This document shows positions 16,759 to 24,373 of a DNA stretch of 24,373 nt, one piece after another. Under the pieces are notes generated by a model. It was given only the letters and a program-made list of their open reading frames with translations, searched no databases and had not been told where the DNA came from. Every line of letters begins with the position of its first letter. The stretch's first letter is position 1. The DNA lies in NCBI GenBank assembly GCA_964553295.1, contig CAZKKP010000010.1:1-24373 (forward strand), read 5' to 3'. The stretch comes from an uncultured Thermoanaerobaculia bacterium (GTDB lineage: Bacteria > Acidobacteriota > Thermoanaerobaculia > Thermoanaerobaculales > Sulfomarinibacteraceae). The position numbers and the translations under genes are program-made.

Positions 16759-17656
16759 CCTGGCTGCGACGGTTGACAGCCCCATCCTGCCGACAGCGGA
16801 GTGCTTCGACTTCGAGCTGCTGCTCGTGCAGGCTGCCGCCGAACGACGCACCGGGCGGATCGTGATCGAACGCGACGGTGGTGAGTTCGGCCAGGTCTTC
16901 ATTCACGGCGGCCGGGTGGCCTGGGCCACCTGCGTCGACCAGGGCGAGAACCTGGGCACCTTCCTGGCACGGCTCGGCCACCTCCGCGACGAGCAGCTCG
17001 CCGAGCTGCGCCAGGAGCACTCGCGACGCAAGGGCGCCTGCAAGCTCGGCGAGCTGCTCGTCGAGAGCGGTGTCATCACACGAACGCGCCTGCGCAGCTG
17101 CCTCAAGCTGCACCTTCGGATGGCCATCGCCCGCCTCCTGCAGATCCCGCGCCTGACAGCCGTGCTGGTCGCGGATCCGAGGAGCTCCAACGAGAGCATG
17201 AGCTTCCCCCTCTACCAGCTGGTCCCCTCGTGGTGGCAACTGCAGGCGCCGCCGGGCGCCGGCGGCCAGGCCGACGACGCCTGTGCCCAGGCAGCCTGCC
17301 TCGGGAGCCTGAACGACGTTCCGGGGTTCCTCGGCGCCCTGGTGCTCGACTCCGACGGCGAGGCCATCGCGCAGTGCGGCTTCACAGGCGCCGCGGCCGA
17401 CCACGCGCCGAGGGTCGCCTGCTGGATCGGCGCCCTCCTCGGGGATGACGTCGAGCTCCCCGGCGGCGCGGAGTCCGGGTTCGTCGAGGGCGAATGGGGC
17501 ACCCTGGTCGCGCGCCGTATCGAGGGTGCAGACGGCCTCTCGGTGGCGGTTCTCCTCGGACCCGAAGGCAAGCCGGGAACTGCCCTGCACCGGCTGTCCT
17601 CCATCACCCCGGCGCTACTCAGCGCCTTCAGCGAGGCACAGGAAGGAGCGAGCTGA
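16751..17656 (+). CDS. DUF4388-like domain with MshEN-like repeats and a degenerate Roadblock-like C-terminal domain, 301 aa
   Basis: RTGRIVIE...GQVFIHGGRVAWA; LGTFLARLGHL and KLGELLVESGVIT; VPGFLGALVLDSDGEAIA...FVEGEWGTLVARR. Confidence 0.72.
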   Translation: MTDLAATVDSPILPTAECFDFELLLVQAAAERRTGRIVIERDGGEFGQVFIHGGRVAWATCVDQGENLGTFLARLGHLRDEQLAELRQEHSRRKGACKLGELLVESGVITRTRLRSCLKLHLRMAIARLLQIPRLTAVLVADPRSSNESMSFPLYQLVPSWWQLQAPPGAGGQADDACAQAACLGSLNDVPGFLGALVLDSDGEAIAQCGFTGAAADHAPRVACWIGALLGDDVELPGGAESGFVEGEWGTLVARRIEGADGLSVAVLLGPEGKPGTALHRLSSITPALLSAFSEAQEGAS

Positions 17657-17657
17657 A

Positions 17658-18470
17658 ATGTCCCACAACATCGCGCTGGTGAGCTCGAAAGGCGGCGCCG
17701 GGAAGACCACGACAGCCCTGAACCTGGCGGTCGCTCTGGCCGAGCGTGGTCGGCGGACGCTGATCGTCGACCTGGATCCTCAGGGGGCGATCGGGCTCGC
17801 TCTCGCCCGCGGCGACGGAGATTGGCCCGGCCTCGCGGAGCATCTCGCGGAGAACCTCCCCGTGGCGGATCTCATCCTCGACACGAAGCTCCCGAGCCTG
17901 TCGATCCTCCCCCGCGGCCGCCTTGACGCCTCTGACAACGTTCAGTTCGAGGCTGCGCTGGCTGCGCCTGGTGTGCTCCGAGGTGTGCTCGAAGGCGCAT
18001 CTGACGCCTTCGACTTCGTGCTCCTCGACACGCCTTCAGGCCTCGGCAGCATCCCACGGTGCGCACTGTCGGTCGCCCGCTTCGCGCTCGTTCCGCTGCA
18101 GGCGGAGCCACTCGCCCTCCGTTCGCTGTCCCAGGTTCTTCGCGTGTTGGCCCACGTTCGCAGCGAGGAGAACCCCGAGCTCGAGCTGCTGGGAATCCTG
18201 CCCACCATGGTGCAGCTCGACAACGAGACGTCGTTCGGCGTGCTGGGAACGGCCTGGGCGCATCTCTCCGGCGTCCTGGAGACGGTAATCCCACGCTCGG
18301 ACGCTTTCGGCCGGGCAAGCTCGATCGGTCTTCCGGTGGGCTTCCTGGCAGGTCGGACCCCGCCAGAGGCCCGCCGATTCGAGATACTGGCCGACGAGAT
18401 CGAAGCGAACATCGCCACCCTGCTCGGAATCGGAGGTACCGATGACAAGGCCCAACGTGAGCTCATTTGA
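17658..18470 (+). CDS. Orphan ParA/MinD-family ATPase, 270 aa
   Basis: Deviant Walker A KGGAGKTT, IVDLDPQG, LLDTPSGLG, VPLQAEPLAL, GILPTM and ETVIPR; AAGGAG RBS. No ParB in the window. Confidence 0.93.
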   Translation: MSHNIALVSSKGGAGKTTTALNLAVALAERGRRTLIVDLDPQGAIGLALARGDGDWPGLAEHLAENLPVADLILDTKLPSLSILPRGRLDASDNVQFEAALAAPGVLRGVLEGASDAFDFVLLDTPSGLGSIPRCALSVARFALVPLQAEPLALRSLSQVLRVLAHVRSEENPELELLGILPTMVQLDNETSFGVLGTAWAHLSGVLETVIPRSDAFGRASSIGLPVGFLAGRTPPEARRFEILADEIEANIATLLGIGGTDDKAQRELI

Positions 18471-19002
18471 CCTCGAGGTCGCAGCGGGCCTTTCGCGCAT
18501 CCTGCGGGAGCGCCGGCCTACGACCGACCCACTCCCGACCTCGCCCGCGGCACGGTTCAGCCGGCACGCCCCGGTCCAGGCCGCGCCCCCGGCGATCGAA
18601 CCGGCCGACGGTCAGGATCCCGAGCTCGAGCTGGTCAAACTTGACAGCTGGGAAGTGTTCCTCGCCTGGAGCCTCGAGCTCACCAGGTCCCGTGCAGGTT
18701 TCGTCGTCGACTCCCAGGGCTTCGTGATTGCGAGCCGAGGCAACGTACCGAAGGACGGGTTTGACGGCATCGGGGCCGAGCTGTGCTACGCGATGGACCA
18801 GCTCGACAAGATCAGTCCCGAGTCCGGCCACCTCAGAGTGCTCGAGCTCGGGTTCACCGGCAGCCGCATCACGGGCATCAAGATCGCGGGTGAGGCACTG
18901 GGCCCCCTGGTCATCGGGTTCTTGGGGTCGCGCCCACTCACCGACGAGCTTCGCGACTCCATCGTCCGTCAGCTGGACTTGAACCGGGAACGGATGTCAT
19001 AG
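18442..19002 (+). CDS. Hypothetical protein with a Pro-rich linker and a Roadblock-like C-terminal domain, 186 aa
   Basis: GGAGGT precedes ATG 18442; overlaps the ParA-family gene by 29 nt; RAGFVVDSQGFVIASRG resembles the Roadblock beta-hairpin 'VVDxDGxxI'. Confidence 0.65.
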   Translation: MTRPNVSSFDLEVAAGLSRILRERRPTTDPLPTSPAARFSRHAPVQAAPPAIEPADGQDPELELVKLDSWEVFLAWSLELTRSRAGFVVDSQGFVIASRGNVPKDGFDGIGAELCYAMDQLDKISPESGHLRVLELGFTGSRITGIKIAGEALGPLVIGFLGSRPLTDELRDSIVRQLDLNRERMS

Positions 19003-20652
19003 ACCGGACTCCTCAGCAGGCGTCCACCGCGGTGTCGGCGGCGGGGCGCGGTCCAGGGTAGCGAGGCCGGCGGCCTGGGAGAGCCAGGCCCTGACCGGCG
19101 TCGGGCAGCGGCCCTCCAGAAGCAGGCGGTCCGGCCCGCGGGCCTCGAGCACGAGGCAGGCCGGCGGCGGCTCCTTGAGGTGGAAGGCGGCGTGTGAATC
19201 CTCGAGAGCAAGCAGGTGGCCTCGCCCGTGCGCCTCGATCACCAGGCCCGAACTCGGATGGTGAAGGTCGAAGGATGTGAGGACTCGGACAGCGGGTCCC
19301 GGCAGGCGCTCCCGCCGCTCCAGCGTCAGCGCCTCGCCGAGGCCGTGGCGCAGGATGTACGCCCCGCGGATGTTGTCGGGCACCGCTGCGATCAGCAGCT
19401 CGTGCTCGCCCGCGACCTCGGCGGCGGCCGCCACCACGGCACGCGCCAGCTCGCCGGCGTGCTGCCAGGCGCCGTTCGCCCACCACAGCAATGCCGCGCC
19501 GACGACAAGCGCGCCGCAGGACGCCATGCGCCAAGCCCGGGCGGTTCTCGCCAGAGAGGTCAGCACCGCCGCCATCCCGACCGCTGCGAACGCCGAGGGC
19601 AGGTAGAGGAAGCGGTCGCTCTCGGTGGTCAGAAGGCGGGTCGGCAGGTGCAGCACCGGCAGCAGGGCGAGGCCCGCCGAGACGGCCGCCACCGCCACGA
19701 CGGGTCGCACGTCGGGGCGACGGCGCAGACCGAGCCACATGGCCACGCCCAAGACCGCCAGGGGGATGACCGTCAGCAGGGCCACGAGCCACGGCTCGTC
19801 GCGCACCGGCCAGTGGGTCGCCGCCAGCCGGGCCGGCCACTCGGCCCCCGCCAGCTTGACCAGGTGCACCGCCGCCAGCCGGGCCGACCGCGCCGCCTCC
19901 GGGGCCGCCGACAGCGGCCCCCGCCACGGGTGGTCGAGGACGAGCAACCGCACCGCGAGGTAGACCACGGTGAGGGCCAGATGAGGCCATGCGGTCCGCA
20001 CCGCGACCAGGAGGCCATCGAGGCCGGTCGGCCCCTCCGGCCGGCGACCCGGGCGGAGCACGACCAGCAGCGCCGGCGTCACGATCGCCGACTCCTTGCT
20101 CGCCAGGGCCAGGCCGTAGGCCGCCGCGGAGAGCGCCGCCAGCCAGAGTCGAGGCCGGTCGAGATGGGCCGCCCACGTCAGCAGCGCGAGGAGGACGAAG
20201 AGCGCGGCGTAGAGGTCGGTGCGGCCCGAGATCCAGGTCACCGACTCGGCGTGGCAGGGCGCCACCAGGAAGAGCCCCCCCGCCAGCCAGCCGATGCGGC
20301 GGGGGGGGTCGCCACCCGCCGCCGCCCCGCCGACCCGGCGCGCGAGGCTCGCCGCGAGTAACCCGACCAGCACTCCGTTGAGCGCGTGGACGAGCACGTT
20401 GTGCAGGTGGAACGGCACGGGGCTCGGGCCCCACACCGCGAGGTCGAGGGCCAGGGACAGGGACACCAGGGGCCGCAGGAACTCGCCCCCCCCCGACCAC
20501 AGGCCGAAGGGGCCCGCTGCCAGAATCCTCGCGACGTGGACGAAGTCGTCGGACAGGAAGCCGACGCCCAGCGCCCGCGCGTACACGGCGAGGGCCACCG
20601 GGACCGCCACAGCCAGACCGAGCGCCGGACCGAGCCGGTACCGCTGATCCAC
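18997..20652 (-). CDS. Multi-TM GT-C-fold glycosyltransferase (TMTC/PMT-like), 551 aa
   Basis: First-loop FLSDD, FLRPL, PFHLHNVLVHALN, HAESVTWISGRTDL, LASKESA and SDRFLYLPS; many hydrophobic helices; no TPR tail. Confidence 0.8.
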   Translation of the reverse strand: MDQRYRLGPALGLAVAVPVALAVYARALGVGFLSDDFVHVARILAAGPFGLWSGGGEFLRPLVSLSLALDLAVWGPSPVPFHLHNVLVHALNGVLVGLLAASLARRVGGAAAGGDPPRRIGWLAGGLFLVAPCHAESVTWISGRTDLYAALFVLLALLTWAAHLDRPRLWLAALSAAAYGLALASKESAIVTPALLVVLRPGRRPEGPTGLDGLLVAVRTAWPHLALTVVYLAVRLLVLDHPWRGPLSAAPEAARSARLAAVHLVKLAGAEWPARLAATHWPVRDEPWLVALLTVIPLAVLGVAMWLGLRRRPDVRPVVAVAAVSAGLALLPVLHLPTRLLTTESDRFLYLPSAFAAVGMAAVLTSLARTARAWRMASCGALVVGAALLWWANGAWQHAGELARAVVAAAAEVAGEHELLIAAVPDNIRGAYILRHGLGEALTLERRERLPGPAVRVLTSFDLHHPSSGLVIEAHGRGHLLALEDSHAAFHLKEPPPACLVLEARGPDRLLLEGRCPTPVRAWLSQAAGLATLDRAPPPTPRWTPAEESGL

Positions 20653-20722
20653 GAGCCATGGTAACCGCGACCGCGGGCGGTCTGCGGCGGCCGCCCGGGT
20701 CGCTGGGGGTCGGCTGATCGCG

Positions 20723-22675
<1,953 letters not shown>

Positions 22676-22854
22676 GGTCACTCTCCTTCGCAGGGGATAC
22701 GCCCGGAACCCGGGCGTGGTTTCCGGTGAGTGTCGCAGAACCCGCAAGAGCCGGCAACCGGAGGCCTCATCCGGTCCCCGCCCCTGCTCCCACCCCTGAC
22801 GCTGCCCCTGGCTTCGGGCGGAGGCTCTTGCACCCGGCGTCGGCATCCGGCCCG

Positions 22855-22903
22855 TGCTAGGCTGAGCCGGAGGCCCCATCCGAGGCAGGCCCGTTGCGGA
22901 GGA
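22855..22903 (+). promoter_or_regulatory. Extended -10 element and RBS of the methyltransferase operon
   Basis: TGcTAGGCT (22855-22863); GGAGGA just upstream of GTG 22908. Confidence 0.45.
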
Positions 22904-22907
22904 CACC

Positions 22908-24089
22908 GTGAGCCCGATCGTCACTCCCGAAAGCGGCGGCGTCGACCGGCGGCACGAGCTGCTGCCGGAGGCGCTCTGGCCGGTGTTCGGCGACGACTTC
23001 GTCGCCGCCTGCGACCTCCACGAGGAGCACGTGGTGCGGCTCGCCTCGGCGGTCCTGGCGGAGAGCGGGCTCGCCGGCGCCCTGTGCGAGCCGGTCACCG
23101 TAGGCGAGCTGGCGGCGAGGACCGGGCTCGTGCCCGAACGAGCCGCCGGCACACTGGACTGGCTGCTGCGGCTGCTGGCCGGGCACGGACGCCTCCGCCG
23201 GGAGGGATCGGGCGCGGCGGCCCGCTTCAGTGTCGACGGCTCGGCGCCGGCAACCGACGCCGCCTCCCTCGAGGAGGCGCAGCGCGAGCTCGACCCGGCT
23301 TCGCTGCCCACCTACCGGGTCTTCGCGGCCGCCGCCGCGGCCTACCCGGCCTTTCTACGCGGCGAGACTACCGGCGAGGCCGCTCTCTTCGCCCCCGACC
23401 GCCTCGGGCTGTGGACCGACTACTTCTGCAACACAAATCCGCTGTACGGCGTCAACAATACCGTCGCCGCCGAGGCGGTGCTCGAGCTGGTCTCCGCCGG
23501 CCCCGGCGACGTGCTCGAGCTGGGCGGCGGCCTGGGCAGCGCCGCCGAGGCCCTGCTCGAGCGGCTCGGCATTCGGCGGGCGCCGACGAGCTACCGGTTC
23601 ACCGAGCTGGCGCCCTTCTTCCTCAACCGCGCCCGGCGTGCCCTCTCCGGCCGCTTCCCCGGCCTCCTGAGCTTCGCCGTCCTCGACATGGACCGCCCCT
23701 TCGCCGAGCAGGGCGTGGCGCCCGCGAGCCGCGACCTGGTGTTCGCCGTCAACACCGTGCACGTCGCCCGCGACCTCGGCTTCACCCTGGCGGAGATCCG
23801 CCGGACCCTGCGGCCGGGCGGCCGGCTCGTCTTCGGTGAGTGCCTTCGCCCCTTCGACGGACGGGCAGTGCACACCGAGCTGGTCTTTCAGCTCCTGGAG
23901 AGCTTCCGCTCGCCGGTGCTCGACCCGCCGCTACGGCCCAACGGAGGCTTCCTGACCCCGGAGCAGTGGCTCGGCCTGCTCGACCGCGCCGGCTTCGTCG
24001 AGCTCGAGCTCTACCCCGACCTGCGCCGGATCCGCAACGTCTACCCGTCCTTCGTGGTCGGCGCCCTCGCCGGCCGGCGGCCGCGGTGA
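22908..24089 (+). CDS. Stand-alone SAM-dependent methyltransferase resembling PKS/FAS C-methyltransferase domains, 393 aa
   Basis: VLELGGGLG, YRFTELAPFF, LDMDRPFAEQG, DLVFAVNTVHVARDL and LRPGGRLV; the N-terminal helical subdomain (LLRGE-like, WxxYF, YxxNN) resembles PKS MT domains. Confidence 0.87.
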   Translation: MSPIVTPESGGVDRRHELLPEALWPVFGDDFVAACDLHEEHVVRLASAVLAESGLAGALCEPVTVGELAARTGLVPERAAGTLDWLLRLLAGHGRLRREGSGAAARFSVDGSAPATDAASLEEAQRELDPASLPTYRVFAAAAAAYPAFLRGETTGEAALFAPDRLGLWTDYFCNTNPLYGVNNTVAAEAVLELVSAGPGDVLELGGGLGSAAEALLERLGIRRAPTSYRFTELAPFFLNRARRALSGRFPGLLSFAVLDMDRPFAEQGVAPASRDLVFAVNTVHVARDLGFTLAEIRRTLRPGGRLVFGECLRPFDGRAVHTELVFQLLESFRSPVLDPPLRPNGGFLTPEQWLGLLDRAGFVELELYPDLRRIRNVYPSFVVGALAGRRPR

Positions 24090-24373
24090 GCGAGGGACCG
24101 CTGCGCCAAAGGGTCGAGGTCCGGCACGACTGGCCAGCCTTCCGAGGCCACTTCGACGGCCGCCCCATCCTGCCCGGGATCGCCCATCTCGCCCTGATCC
24201 GGCAGGTGCTCTGTGACGACGGCGACGCCGCCGCCGAGATCACGGCCGTGACCCAGATTCGCTTTCGCCAGGTGGTCGAGCCCGGCGACACCCTCGAGCT
24301 CGTCGCCGACCGACGGCCGGCCGGCGAGGTCTTCTTCGAGCTCTTCCGGGAAGGACGGGTGGCCAGCCGGGGG
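24086..24373 (+). CDS. ApeI/FabA/FabZ-like hotdog-fold 3-hydroxyacyl-ACP dehydratase, running off the window end
   Basis: Not in the ORF track. Hand translation gives MSEGPLRQRVEVRHDWPAFRGHFDGRPILPGIAHLALIRQ...IRFRQVVEPGDTLEL, containing the F-x-GHF-x-x-x-PILPG and RF-x-x-x-V-x-PG motifs; GTGA overlap with the methyltransferase stop. Confidence 0.88.
   Translation, partial: MSEGPLRQRVEVRHDWPAFRGHFDGRPILPGIAHLALIRQVLCDDGDAAAEITAVTQIRFRQVVEPGDTLELVADRRPAGEVFFELFREGRVASRG

Noticed and set aside
17658-18470. Chromosome or plasmid partition locus (parABS)
   Set aside because: No ParB gene, parS palindrome or replication gene is present, and the context is a signalling operon.
22699-22717. Hairpin ACGCCCGG-aac-CCGGGCGT in the S9 peptidase leader as a possible riboswitch
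   Set aside because: A single short GC stem is expected by chance at this GC content; no aptamer motif or terminator U-tract.
22676-23311. 212-aa N-terminal extension of the S9 peptidase
   Set aside because: Runs antisense to the methyltransferase gene; the RBS and signal peptide place the start at 22675.

Overview
High-GC bacterial DNA; gene content suggests Acidobacteriota (Thermoanaerobaculia) or a myxobacterial-like lineage, but the taxonomy is an inference. Bases 1-1.6 kb are a partly decayed toxin-antitoxin patch: a DUF4143 ATPase fragment, an intact AbrB-PIN (VapBC) pair, and a MenA1-like antitoxin whose MenT1-like toxin appears to have lost most of its body by in-frame deletion. A membrane Ser/Thr kinase with TPR repeats follows, divergent from a protein that has a voltage-sensor domain (S1-S4) but no visible pore. 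The central block (5.8-19 kb) is a signalling locus: two cytoplasmic PAS histidine kinases, a coiled-coil Ser/Thr kinase and a sigma-54 activator. Downstream of these is a candidate sigma-54-driven operon: receiver protein, DUF4388-Roadblock fusion, two V4R proteins, cysteine desulfurase-like enzyme, small Cys protein, DUF4388/MshEN-like-Roadblock protein, orphan ParA ATPase and a third Roadblock-like protein. That operon has no MglA-type GTPase and is the best candidate for an undescribed system. The window ends with a GT-C membrane glycosyltransferase, an S9 peptidase, a PKS-type methyltransferase and a truncated ApeI/FabZ-like dehydratase. I saw no rRNA, tRNA, CRISPR array, integrase or transposase. 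All family assignments come from motif recognition by eye; no database search was run.
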